Source: an uncultured Candidatus Binatia bacterium
Lineage (GTDB): Bacteria; Desulfobacterota; Binatia; UBA9968; JAJDTQ01
Assembly (NCBI GenBank): GCA_965204235.1
Contig: OZ241979.1
Span: 2,638,103 to 2,702,102, forward strand
Direction: 5' to 3'
DNA length: 64,000 bases
Both the position numbers and the translations under genes were made by a program. Of the stretch, positions 30,452 through 38,856 are shown one piece after another. The notes under the pieces are model-generated. The model had not been told where the DNA came from and did not search any database. It worked only from the letters and a program-made list of their open reading frames with translations. Numbering within the stretch: the stretch's first letter is position 1; every line of letters starts with the position of its first letter.

Positions 30452-31057
30452 GTGCACGCCCTTGACACACACAAGGCGGTAACCCGCCTCGAGACGACCG
30501 GCATGTCCCGCCAGACTGCGGAAGCCGTGGTCGAAATCTTCGACACGGTGGCCAACGCAGCCGCCACCGACTTGGCGACCAAAGCCGACCTGGGGGCCGT
30601 GGCTGCCAACGTGCAGCACCTGGACGACAGGGTGCAGGACCTGGGCAACACGGTGCAGCACCTGAACGACAGGGTGCAGCACCTGGACGACAAGGTACAG
30701 CACCTGGACGACAGGGTGCAGGACCTGGGCAACACGGTACAGCACCTGAGCGACAGAGTGCAGCACCTGGACGACAGGGTGCAGGACTTGGGCAACACGG
30801 TACAGCACCTGAGCGACAGAGTGCAGCACTTGGACGACAGGGTGCAGGACCTGGGCAACACGGTACAGCACCTGGGCGACAGAGTGCAGCACCTGAACGA
30901 CCGGGTGGTAGTCCTGGAACAGACCATGGCAACCAAGTCCGACTTGGCAGAGGTCAGGTCCGACCTGGCCGAGGTCAAGACCGACATCATCAGATGGAAC
31001 GTCGGCTTGATACTCGCCGTGGCCGCGGTGATGATCGCCGCGGTCAAGCTGCTCTGA
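30452..31057 (+). CDS. DUF1640/CCDC90-like membrane-anchored coiled-coil protein, paralogue 2
   Basis: Same head, LATKADL neck, heptad stalk, MATKSDL, IIRW + TM helix. Confidence 0.8.
   Translation: MHALDTHKAVTRLETTGMSRQTAEAVVEIFDTVANAAATDLATKADLGAVAANVQHLDDRVQDLGNTVQHLNDRVQHLDDKVQHLDDRVQDLGNTVQHLSDRVQHLDDRVQDLGNTVQHLSDRVQHLDDRVQDLGNTVQHLGDRVQHLNDRVVVLEQTMATKSDLAEVRSDLAEVKTDIIRWNVGLILAVAAVMIAAVKLL
30611..30904 (+). repeat. 21-bp coding tandem repeat (14 heptads; 63-bp higher-order unit)
   Basis: VQHLDDR / VQDLGNT / VQHLSDR units. Confidence 0.9.
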
Positions 31058-31263
31058 CGCGCCGGTCCTCGCCTGCGGGGTTGTTCGGGCAGGGTTGGCC
31101 CGCTTCTTCGCGGGCTCCCGCGAGGTTCTCTCTTTCTTGGGCGGTGGATCGGGTTTCGGCGGGAGGGCGTTCCTTGTGGACGTCCACGGGTCGAGTTGGG
31201 GCGACTGGCCGGTCGTCCTCCGAAATCCGTGGGGTATCATGAAATCCATCGAAGGGAGGTCAC

Positions 31264-32751
31264 GTGGACAAGGTTCCTTCGAGTGAGCGCGAGTTCTCGC
31301 CCGCGGCCTTTTTCGACCGGCGCTTCGGAGTCACTGCGCGGGACCTGGACCGGGTCCTGGGACGGGCCGTCGCGCGGAAGGCGGACTACGCGGACCTCTA
31401 TTTCGAGTACCGGACCCGGGACCAGGTCCAGCTCGAAGAGGGGCTGGTCAAGCATGCGTCGGTCTCCACCGCCAACGGCGTGGGCGCGCGGGTGCTGGCC
31501 GAGGCCCGGACCGGGTACGCGTTCACGGACGACGTGACCATCGAGAACCTCGATTCCGCGGCCAGGACGGCCAACGTCATCGCCCACGACCGGGGGTCGG
31601 ACGCGCCGGCGCGGCTCCCGGCTGCGCCCGTCCCGCGGCACGACCTGTATCCGGCGGCCCGGTCCGTCTCCGACGCGCCGCTGGAGAGGAAGGTCGGCCT
31701 GTTGCAGGACCTGGACCGGTTCGCCCGGAAGGCCGACCCCAGGATCAAGGGAGTGTTCGCCTCCCTGGCCACAGAGGATAAGGTCGTCCTCGTGGCCTCG
31801 TCCCAGGGATGGGTGCTGGGAGACTTGCAGCCCCTGGTGCGCATCAACGTCCGGTGCATTGCGGAGTCCGGGGGCAACCGGCAGGCGGGCTATTTCGGAT
31901 GGGGCGGACGTCTGGCTCTGGACGAGTGTGCGGCGCCCGACCAGTTGGAGTCCCACGCGCGGGAGGCGGCTCGCCGGGCGCTGGTGAACCTGGAGGCGGT
32001 GGCGGCGCCGGCCGGCCCCATGGACGTGGTGCTGGGGCCGGGTTGGCCCGGGATACTGCTCCACGAGGCCATCGGGCACGGCCTGGAAGCCGATTTCAAC
32101 CGGCGCAAGACCTCCGCCTTCTCCGGTCGCATCGGGGAGCGGGTGGCCACCGAGCTCTGCACGGTGGTGGACGACGGCGCCATCCCCCGTCGGCGCGGGT
32201 CCCTAAACCTCGACGACGAAGGGACGCCCACGCAGCGGACGGTGCTGATCGAGAAGGGGGTCCTCCGGGGTTACCTGCAAGACCGGTTGAACGCGTCGCT
32301 CATGGGCATGGATCCCACCGGCAACGGCCGCCGCGAAAGCTACGCCCACGTCCCCATGCCCCGGATGACCAACACCTTCATGCTCGCAGGGGAGGACGAC
32401 CCGGAAGACGTCATCCGCTCGGTGAAGGATGGCATCTACGCGGTCTCCTTCGGCGGCGGACAGGTGGACATCACCAGCGGCAAGTTCGTCTTCTCGGCCA
32501 ACGAGGCGTACCGGATCGAGGACGGGAAGGTGACGCGCCCGGTGCGGGACGCGACCCTCATCGGCAACGGACCGGACGTCCTCCATCGCGTCAGCAGGGT
32601 GGGCGCGGACCTGGCCCTGGACGACGGCATCGGGACGTGCGGCAAGGACGGCCAGGCGGTCCCCGTGGGCGTCGGGCTTCCCACCATCCGGATCGACCAG
32701 CTAGTGGTGGGCGGCACCTCGGTGCGCGGACCGGGCAGTTTCCAGGCCTGA
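31264..32751 (+). CDS. tldD: Metalloprotease TldD
   Basis: GWPGILLHEAIGHGLEADF, PRMTNT, CGKDGQ.VPVGVG.PT. Confidence 0.95.
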   Translation: MDKVPSSEREFSPAAFFDRRFGVTARDLDRVLGRAVARKADYADLYFEYRTRDQVQLEEGLVKHASVSTANGVGARVLAEARTGYAFTDDVTIENLDSAARTANVIAHDRGSDAPARLPAAPVPRHDLYPAARSVSDAPLERKVGLLQDLDRFARKADPRIKGVFASLATEDKVVLVASSQGWVLGDLQPLVRINVRCIAESGGNRQAGYFGWGGRLALDECAAPDQLESHAREAARRALVNLEAVAAPAGPMDVVLGPGWPGILLHEAIGHGLEADFNRRKTSAFSGRIGERVATELCTVVDDGAIPRRRGSLNLDDEGTPTQRTVLIEKGVLRGYLQDRLNASLMGMDPTGNGRRESYAHVPMPRMTNTFMLAGEDDPEDVIRSVKDGIYAVSFGGGQVDITSGKFVFSANEAYRIEDGKVTRPVRDATLIGNGPDVLHRVSRVGADLALDDGIGTCGKDGQAVPVGVGLPTIRIDQLVVGGTSVRGPGSFQA

Positions 32752-32760
32752 CACTGACAC

Positions 32761-34116
32761 ATGGAGCGTCTGCCCATGGACAGGGAACTGGCGGCCGGGC
32801 TGCTGGTTCGGGCCGGGAAGCGCGGCGCCTCGCAGGGCGACGTGACGGTGATGGAGCACGAGGGCGTGCGGGTGACGGTGCGGCTCGGCGAGGTGGAGAA
32901 CGTCAGCCAGGCCCGCGAGACGAGGCTCGGGCTGCGACTCTTCTTTGGACGGAGCTCGGCCGCCACCGCCACGTCGGACCTCTCCCGGGCGTCCCTGGAC
33001 CGCCTGCTGGAGCAGACCTGCGCCATGGCCCGGGCCACGGCCAAGGACGAGTTCAGCGGCCTGCCGGACCCCGGGGACCTCGCCGGAGAGCTGCCCGACC
33101 TGGACCTCATGGACGAGACAGCCCGCGGCATGACGATGGAGGAGAAGATCGAGGCCGCGCGTCTGGCGGAGCAGCACGCGCTCCAATACGACCCCCGGAT
33201 CACCAACTCCGAGGGCGGGGAGTTCGGCAGCTCCTTCAACCGGATGCTCTACGCCAACTCCGAGGGTTTCACCGGAGAGTACGCGGCCTCCGTCTTCCGG
33301 CTTTCCGCGGCGCCGGTGGCGGCGTCCAACGGCTCCATGGAACGCGACTACTGGTTCTCCGCGGCCCGCGCGCGTGGGGGGCTGGATCCTCCCGAAGCGG
33401 TGGGACGGGAAGCCGGCCGCCGCGTGGTCCGCCGCATCGGCGCCCGCAAGGCGCCCACCGGAGAGTTTCCTGTGGTGTTCGACGCCAACGTCGCAGGGTG
33501 GCTGGCCCGGCACGTGGCCCAGGCCGTGTCCGGCTATGCCCTCTACCAGCGCGCCTCCTTCCTGTGCGACCGGATCGGGCAACGGGTCGCTTCCGACCTC
33601 GTCAACCTCATCGACGACGGCGCCATACCTTCGGCCCTGGGGTCGCGGCCCTTCGACTCCGAAGGCGTGGGGGTCCGGCGCAAGCACGTGGTGGAAGCCG
33701 GGGTGCTGCGCAGCTACCTGCTCGACGCCTACAGCGCACGCAAGCTCGGGGGCGCGCCCACCGGGAACGCCTCCCGCGGCGTGGGCGACGCGTCGAGCGT
33801 GGCGCCCATGAACTTCTACCTGGCCCCGGGCGTCCACTGCGTGGAGGAGATCATCGGCTCGGTGGAACAGGGTCTCTACGTCACCGACCTGATGGGCTTC
33901 GGCGTCAACCTGGTGACCGGCGACTATTCCCGCGGCGCCGCCGGCATATGGATCGACAAGGGAGAGCTGGCTTGGCCGGTGGCCGAGCTCACCATCGCGG
34001 GGAACCTCAACGACATGCTGGACCGCATCGAGATGGTGGGCAACGACCTCCGCAGACAGACCGCGGTCGCCTCGCCCACCGTCAAGGTCTCGCGCATGAC
34101 CGTGGCCGGTGTTTAG
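32761..34116 (+). CDS. pmbA: TldE/PmbA protease modulator
   Basis: PFDSEG, TGNASR, GVNLVTGDYSRGA, TIAGNL; start may be 32776. Confidence 0.93.
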   Translation: MERLPMDRELAAGLLVRAGKRGASQGDVTVMEHEGVRVTVRLGEVENVSQARETRLGLRLFFGRSSAATATSDLSRASLDRLLEQTCAMARATAKDEFSGLPDPGDLAGELPDLDLMDETARGMTMEEKIEAARLAEQHALQYDPRITNSEGGEFGSSFNRMLYANSEGFTGEYAASVFRLSAAPVAASNGSMERDYWFSAARARGGLDPPEAVGREAGRRVVRRIGARKAPTGEFPVVFDANVAGWLARHVAQAVSGYALYQRASFLCDRIGQRVASDLVNLIDDGAIPSALGSRPFDSEGVGVRRKHVVEAGVLRSYLLDAYSARKLGGAPTGNASRGVGDASSVAPMNFYLAPGVHCVEEIIGSVEQGLYVTDLMGFGVNLVTGDYSRGAAGIWIDKGELAWPVAELTIAGNLNDMLDRIEMVGNDLRRQTAVASPTVKVSRMTVAGV

Positions 34117-34285
34117 GAAACCCCTGATCCATTCCGGCTCGAGGCGCCTCTCCCCATGGGAAAGTGCGTCCTTCGACTTCGCTTCGCTACGCTCAGGATG
34201 AACGGGGTCCTTCGCTTCGCTACGCTCAGGATGAACGGGGTCCTTCGCTTTGCTACGCTCAGGACGAACGGGAGCAATCGTTCAG
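34116..34285 (+). mobile_element. MITE copy E with three tandem core units
   Basis: GGAAACCCCTGATCCATT start; CTTCGCTACGCTCAGGATGAACGGG x3. Confidence 0.75.
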
Positions 34286-34348
34286 TGGAACGACCCTGTT
34301 CCGGACAGGATCCTGAAACGGGGAACTCGACGGTCCGGTGACCCCGAC

Positions 34349-34516
34349 ATGTGGAAGATCCTGGCTCACGCCGCCGCCCTGGCGGGTCTCTACCTGGCCG
34401 TTTCCGGGGCCATGTTCCTGGGGATCCAGGTCGATCCCCTCTACGGCAACATCGGCATCGTGGTCTCCGCGGTCCTGGTTGCGCTCTACGTCTATGTCGG
34501 CTTCGTCAGGAAATAG
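34349..34516 (+). CDS. Small two-TM membrane protein (55 aa)
   Basis: MWKILAHAAALAGLYLAVSGAMFLGIQVDPLYGNIGIVVSAVLVALYVYVGFVRK; high GC3. Confidence 0.65.
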   Translation: MWKILAHAAALAGLYLAVSGAMFLGIQVDPLYGNIGIVVSAVLVALYVYVGFVRK

Positions 34517-34544
34517 CCGTGTGCCGGAGTCAGGAGGCTTTCCC

Positions 34545-36290
34545 ATGTACGGAAACCCTGAACGATTGCCCCCGTTCGTCCTGAGCGTAGCAAAGCGAAG
34601 GACTCCGTTCATCCTGAGCGTAGCGAAGCGAAGTCGAAGGACGCACTTTCCCATGGGGAGAGGCGCCTCGAGCCGGGATTGCCCAGAGGTTCGGTACGGT
34701 TGTCCCCGCCCGTTCCGCGTCCTGCTGTGTGCGCTGGCGCTTGCCTTTGCCGCGGCGCCGGCCCGGGCCGCGGCCCCGGACGACACCTTCGTGATGGCCA
34801 AGGACATGGCCGATGTCGCGACCCTGGACCCGGCCGAGGCCTTCGAGTTCACCACCGGCGAGCTCGTGGCCAACCTCTACGACCGGATCCTCATGTTCGA
34901 GCCGGAGAACCCCGAGGTCCTCGTGGGCGGCGTGGCCGAGAGCCATGCGGTGAGCGAGGACGGCAAGGAACTCACCTTCCGGATTCGCCGGGGCCTCAGG
35001 TTCCACTCCGGCAACCCGGTGCGTCCGGAGGACGTGGAGTTCTCCCTGGAGCGGGTGGTGAAGCTCGACAAGACACCGGCCTTCCTCCTCACCCAGTTCG
35101 GCTGGAACGCGGACAACGTGGAGGATCGGGTCGAGGTGGTGGACCCTCGCAGCGTCCGCCTCACCATCGTCGAGGACTTCTCCCCCGGTCTGGTGATGAA
35201 CGTGCTCTCGGCCGGCGTCGGCTCGGTGGTGGACGAGCAACTCGTGCTCGCCCACGAGAAGGACGGCGACCTCGGCCACGGGTGGCTGAAGTCCCACAGC
35301 GCGGGCTCCGGTCCGTTCCGGCTCGAAAGCTGGACCGCGGACGAGTCCGTGGTCCTCGAAGCCAACCCCGACTACCGCCGCGGCCCGCCGGGGATGAAGC
35401 GCGTGGTCCTGCGTCACGCGCCCGATCCCGCGGCGCAGAGGCGGATGCTGGAGCAGGGCGACATCGACTTGGCGCGCAACCTGGACTCCGGCCAGGTAAA
35501 GGCCCTCCGGGGCCGCCCGGACGTGGTCATCGACGACCGTCCCACCGGCACCATCGTCTATTTGGCGGCCAACGCATCCCACCCGATCCTCGGCAAGGCC
35601 AAGGTGGCGCAGGCCCTGCGGCACGCGGTGGACTACCAGGGCATGGCGGAGTCCTTCCTGGCGGGTCAGTTCACGGTGCACCAGGCGTTCTGGCCCAGGG
35701 GGTTGTGGGCGTCCTATACGGAGACGCCGTACCGGCTCGACGTGGAGAAGGCGAGGTCGCTGCTGGCCGAGGCAGGTCACGGAGACGGGTTCGAAGTGCG
35801 CATCGACACCCTCACCACCCCGCCGTTCCCGCGGATCGCGCGGTCGGTCCAGACGACCCTTGCACGGGTCGGGGTCAAGACCCGGATCGCGGCCCGGGAG
35901 GGCAAGGTCCTGTGGCCCAGGTACCGCGGGCGCAAGCACGAGTTGATCCTGGCCCACTGGTCGCCGGACTACCCGGACCCCCACTCCAACGCCGACGCCT
36001 TCGCGCACAACCCGGACAACCGTCCCGAGGCCGGGCTCACCGGCGTGCTCGCATGGCGCAACGCATGGGCGCAGGACGACCTGAACGACATGGTGGTCCG
36101 GGCGCGCGACGAGCCGGACCCGGCCAAGCGCAGGCGGCTCTACCTGCGGCTACAGGAGCGTCTCCAGACCGAGGGACCCTACGTGGTCATGTTCCAGCAG
36201 ATCGAGCAGGTGGCGCGTCGCGGCAACGTCCGTGGGTTCGCGGCCGGCTCGAACTTCGACCAGGTCCATTACCGCAACGTGACCAAGTAG
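34545..36290 (+). CDS. ABC peptide/nickel substrate-binding protein (DppA/DdpA-like) with in-frame MITE after the start
   Basis: AGGAGG RBS before ATG 34545; signal peptide; LDPA, GSGPF, WSPDYPDP motifs. Confidence 0.88.
   Translation: MYGNPERLPPFVLSVAKRRTPFILSVAKRSRRTHFPMGRGASSRDCPEVRYGCPRPFRVLLCALALAFAAAPARAAAPDDTFVMAKDMADVATLDPAEAFEFTTGELVANLYDRILMFEPENPEVLVGGVAESHAVSEDGKELTFRIRRGLRFHSGNPVRPEDVEFSLERVVKLDKTPAFLLTQFGWNADNVEDRVEVVDPRSVRLTIVEDFSPGLVMNVLSAGVGSVVDEQLVLAHEKDGDLGHGWLKSHSAGSGPFRLESWTADESVVLEANPDYRRGPPGMKRVVLRHAPDPAAQRRMLEQGDIDLARNLDSGQVKALRGRPDVVIDDRPTGTIVYLAANASHPILGKAKVAQALRHAVDYQGMAESFLAGQFTVHQAFWPRGLWASYTETPYRLDVEKARSLLAEAGHGDGFEVRIDTLTTPPFPRIARSVQTTLARVGVKTRIAAREGKVLWPRYRGRKHELILAHWSPDYPDPHSNADAFAHNPDNRPEAGLTGVLAWRNAWAQDDLNDMVVRARDEPDPAKRRRLYLRLQERLQTEGPYVVMFQQIEQVARRGNVRGFAAGSNFDQVHYRNVTK
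34551..34693 (-). mobile_element. MITE copy F, GTAC target-site duplication
   Basis: GTAC[GGAAACCCTGA...CCCAGAGGTTCG]GTAC. Confidence 0.85.
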
Positions 36291-36307
36291 CCGGCCATTG
36301 CCTCGTC

Positions 36308-36417
36308 CGCGTCTCGTGGAGGGAAACCCCGCCCTGCGGTTCAGAGGAATCTCCTGACTGGGGCGTGGTTGACAATGCGCGTCTCGTGGACGGGAACCCA
36401 CCCTGCGGTTCAGAGGA
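36308..36417. repeat. Two approx. 41-bp imperfect direct repeats separated by 29 bp
   Basis: CGCGTCTCGTGGA..GGAA.CC..CCCTGCGGTTCAGAGGA at 36308 and 36378. Confidence 0.7.
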
Positions 36418-36619
36418 CCTTGTAGCCGTTGGACAGGACGACGCGCGTGAGCCCTTCGACGCTCGTGGTCTCCGGGTCGAACTCCACCACCACGACCTTT
36501 CGCTCCAGCGAGAAGTCCACTTCGGTGACGCCCGCGGCGTCCCGGAGCGTCTTCGACAGTTCGTCTGCCGTGCCGGGGGTCATGTCGTCGATGGACAGGA
36601 TCGCGGTCTTGGTGTTCAT
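36410..36619 (-). CDS. HMA-fold small protein lacking CxxC
   Basis: LSIDDMTPGTA..GV.EV..SLE..V.FDP......L...V...GYKV. Confidence 0.7.
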   Translation of the reverse strand: MNTKTAILSIDDMTPGTADELSKTLRDAAGVTEVDFSLERKVVVVEFDPETTSVEGLTRVVLSNGYKVL

Positions 36620-37116
36620 GACGACTCCGGCGGGCCGGGGTCTCGGGACGCGGCGCGGCTCCCTTCCAGGATTCGCCGCAACTCCCGGCCGGCCCGGTCG
36701 GCTGCCTCCGGCGGTACGAGCTTCTCGAAGGCAGGGAAGAGGCCGCGCTCTTCGCTCCGTATGTGCCGCTCCAGCAGGTCGCCGAAGTCGAAGAGGAACT
36801 TCCGCAGGCCGCGGGGGTCCCCGGCTCGCGCCACCAGACCGTGGAACTCCCGGTGCTCGCCCTGGAGCCTGGCCACGAGTTCCCGGCTCTCCGGATATTC
36901 CGCCATCAGTGGAAACAGGACCGTCTCTTCGGCCTCGAAATGGCGTGTCAGGCTCTCGTCGAAGAAACGGGACGCTTCCGCGGCGCAGGCCTGGAGGGAT
37001 GCGGCGTCCCCGGGGTCGAGTTGCCCGAGGGCGTGCTTGCGGCAGCGCAAGGCCAGGGCCAATCCGTGGTGGTGGTCGTGCGAAAGCGGGATCAGGGCTG
37101 CGTGTCGCCGGGCCAT
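36616..37116 (-). CDS. Hemerythrin-like domain protein
   Basis: LS.DHHHGL, HF..EE..LFP, EH, HIRSEER.LFP. Confidence 0.85.
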   Translation of the reverse strand: MARRHAALIPLSHDHHHGLALALRCRKHALGQLDPGDAASLQACAAEASRFFDESLTRHFEAEETVLFPLMAEYPESRELVARLQGEHREFHGLVARAGDPRGLRKFLFDFGDLLERHIRSEERGLFPAFEKLVPPEAADRAGRELRRILEGSRAASRDPGPPESS

Positions 37117-37172
37117 GACGGTGTTTCGTGCAGCCGGGTCAATTGACGGTGTTCGGCTGATGGGTTACCTTT

Positions 37173-37277
37173 GGAACCCGTGATCCATTCTGGTTTGAGG
37201 CGCCTCTCCCTATGGGAAAGCGCGTCCTTCGACTTCGCTTCGCTCAGGACGAACGGGGACAATCGTTCAGAGTTTCC
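37173..37277 (+). mobile_element. MITE copy G, CTTT target-site duplication
   Basis: CTTT[GGAACCCGTGATCCATT...TCAGAGTTTCC]CTTT. Confidence 0.8.
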
Positions 37278-37309
37278 CTTTCGGAAAACGCAACCCTGGA
37301 GGGTGATAT

Positions 37310-37795
37310 ATGGCTGAAGACGTGACCGTCAAGCGGGACATCGTAATCGAGGCCGACGCCGAGGCATTGGCGCGGCAGAAGAAGCACGGGGCGGCGCGCG
37401 GGTTCACCGTCCTGTGCGACGAGGCCGAGCGGACCGGCGGCGACAACACCGCGCCGCCGCCGTTGGCGTACTTCGCGCTTTCCCTGGGTTTTTGACTGCT
37501 GACCCAGGTTTCCCGGTACGGGGAAATGATGAAGGTGAAGATCGGCAAGGCCCGGGTCCACGTGACCGCGCGTTTCAAGAGCCGGGGGTCGGTGCTGCGG
37601 GAAACCGTGGAGGCCCAGGGGGTGGGGTTCGAGACCAGGCTCGACCTGGAGTCCGACGAGCCCGCGGAGCGGGTGGCCGCGGTGGTCCGCAACGCCGAGA
37701 ACGGGTGCTACGTCATGCAGACGATCCTGAAGCCGACCCCGGTGGAGCGCCGGTTCACGCTCAACGGGTCGGAATTCGACCCGCTTGGCCAATAG
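37310..37795 (+). CDS. OsmC-like protein, probable selenoprotein (TGA at 37493-37495)
   Basis: Track ORFs 37310-37495 and 37526-37795 share a frame; DE....GG...P.PL.YF..SLGF-TGA-LLTQ ... AENGCYV. Confidence 0.8.
37508..37527 (+). other. Putative bacterial SECIS hairpin
   Basis: GTTTCCC-GGTAC-GGGGAAAT; apical loop starts with G, 19 nt after TGA. Confidence 0.6.
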
Positions 37796-37829
37796 CGGGA
37801 CGCGCGCGTCCGTGCTCGGTCCGGCTTCG

Positions 37830-37938
37830 GGAAATCCTGGACAACGACCTCCGTTCGTCCTGAGCGTAGCGAAGCGGAGTCGAAGGACGCGCTCTCCCGG
37901 GGAGAGGGAACTCCGAGCCGGAATCGAACAGACGTTCC
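37830..37938 (-). mobile_element. MITE copy H
   Basis: GGAAATCCTGGA..CCGTTCGTCCTGAGCGTAGCGAAGCGGAGTCGAAGG..CAGACGTTCC. Confidence 0.7.
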
Positions 37939-37962
37939 TTTACGGAAAGGTCCCGGAATACC

Positions 37963-38814
37963 ATGGAATCGCTGGTTTTCGACGTTGGCGACGCCGAGTT
38001 CGAAGCGGAAGTGCTGAAGCGTTCCGAAGAAACGCCGGTGGCGGTGGACTTCTGGGCGCCGTGGTGCGGCCCGTGCAGGGTCCTGGGTCCGGTGCTGGAG
38101 CGGGTGGTGGAGGAATACGGGGGCAAGCTCCTCCTGGCCAAGGTCAACGTGGACGAGAACCCCGGGCTTGCGTCCGACTTCGGCATACAGGGGATCCCCG
38201 CGGTCAAGGTCTTCAAGGACGGCGCCGTTGCCGCGGAGTTCACCGGGGCGCTCCCCGAAGCCGGCGTCCGCGAGGTCCTGGGCGCGGTGGCGCCCTCGCG
38301 CCAGGACGAGATGGCCGCGGAGGCGGATGGATTGTCGTCCCGGGGCGCCGCGGAAGAGGCGCTGGGAATCTACCAACAGGTGCTGGACGAGTCGCCGCAA
38401 CACCCGGGGGCGCTGTTCGGCATGGGACGCATCCTGCTCGATACGGACCCGGAGCGCGGCTTGGCGCTGCTCGAGCGGGTGCCTCTGGGCTCGCCCGATC
38501 GCAGGGAGGCCGACCGGTTGATCGCCCGGCAGAAGCTGAGCCAGGGGGACGGCGCGGACGTGGATTCCCTCCGGCGGCAGTTGTCTTCGGCCCCGGACAG
38601 CGTCGAGTTGCGTTTCCGGCTGGCCCAGGCCCTTGCCGCGGAAGAGCTCTACGAGGCCGCGTTGGAAGAGTTCCTGACGGTGCTGCGGAAGGACCGCGCC
38701 TTCGAGGACGACGGCGCCCGCAAGGCCATGGTGCGGATCTTCGAAGTCCTGGGGCCGGGAAGCGAGTTGGCGGACCGGTACCGGTCGGAGATGGCCAAGG
38801 TCCTGTTCCGTTGA
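37963..38814 (+). CDS. Thioredoxin-TPR chaperedoxin (YbbN/CnoX-like)
   Basis: DFWAPWCGPC, TPR region, ARKAMV.IF. Confidence 0.9.
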   Translation: MESLVFDVGDAEFEAEVLKRSEETPVAVDFWAPWCGPCRVLGPVLERVVEEYGGKLLLAKVNVDENPGLASDFGIQGIPAVKVFKDGAVAAEFTGALPEAGVREVLGAVAPSRQDEMAAEADGLSSRGAAEEALGIYQQVLDESPQHPGALFGMGRILLDTDPERGLALLERVPLGSPDRREADRLIARQKLSQGDGADVDSLRRQLSSAPDSVELRFRLAQALAAEELYEAALEEFLTVLRKDRAFEDDGARKAMVRIFEVLGPGSELADRYRSEMAKVLFR

Positions 38815-38856
38815 CCGAGGACCGGAACTTGCCGAAGGGACCGTGAGGACGGAGTC

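Larger units (their letters stand above)
30248..30495. repeat. Inverted repeat with perfect 43-bp arms (30248-30290 / 30453-30495), extended by imperfect homology
   Basis: TGCACGCCCTTGACACACACAAGGCGGTAACCCGCCTCGAGAC and its reverse complement. Confidence 0.92.

Noticed and set aside
29611-31057. Diversity-generating retroelement or shufflon
   Set aside because: No reverse transcriptase or site-specific recombinase in the window; differences are not adenine-specific.
36308-36417. Mini-CRISPR (41-bp repeat, 29-bp spacer)
   Set aside because: Only two non-identical copies, one overlapping a gene end; no cas genes or leader.
37310-37795. Nonsense pseudogene or two separate small genes
   Set aside because: The stop is TGA exactly at the expected catalytic Cys with a SECIS-like hairpin; Sec readthrough is more parsimonious.
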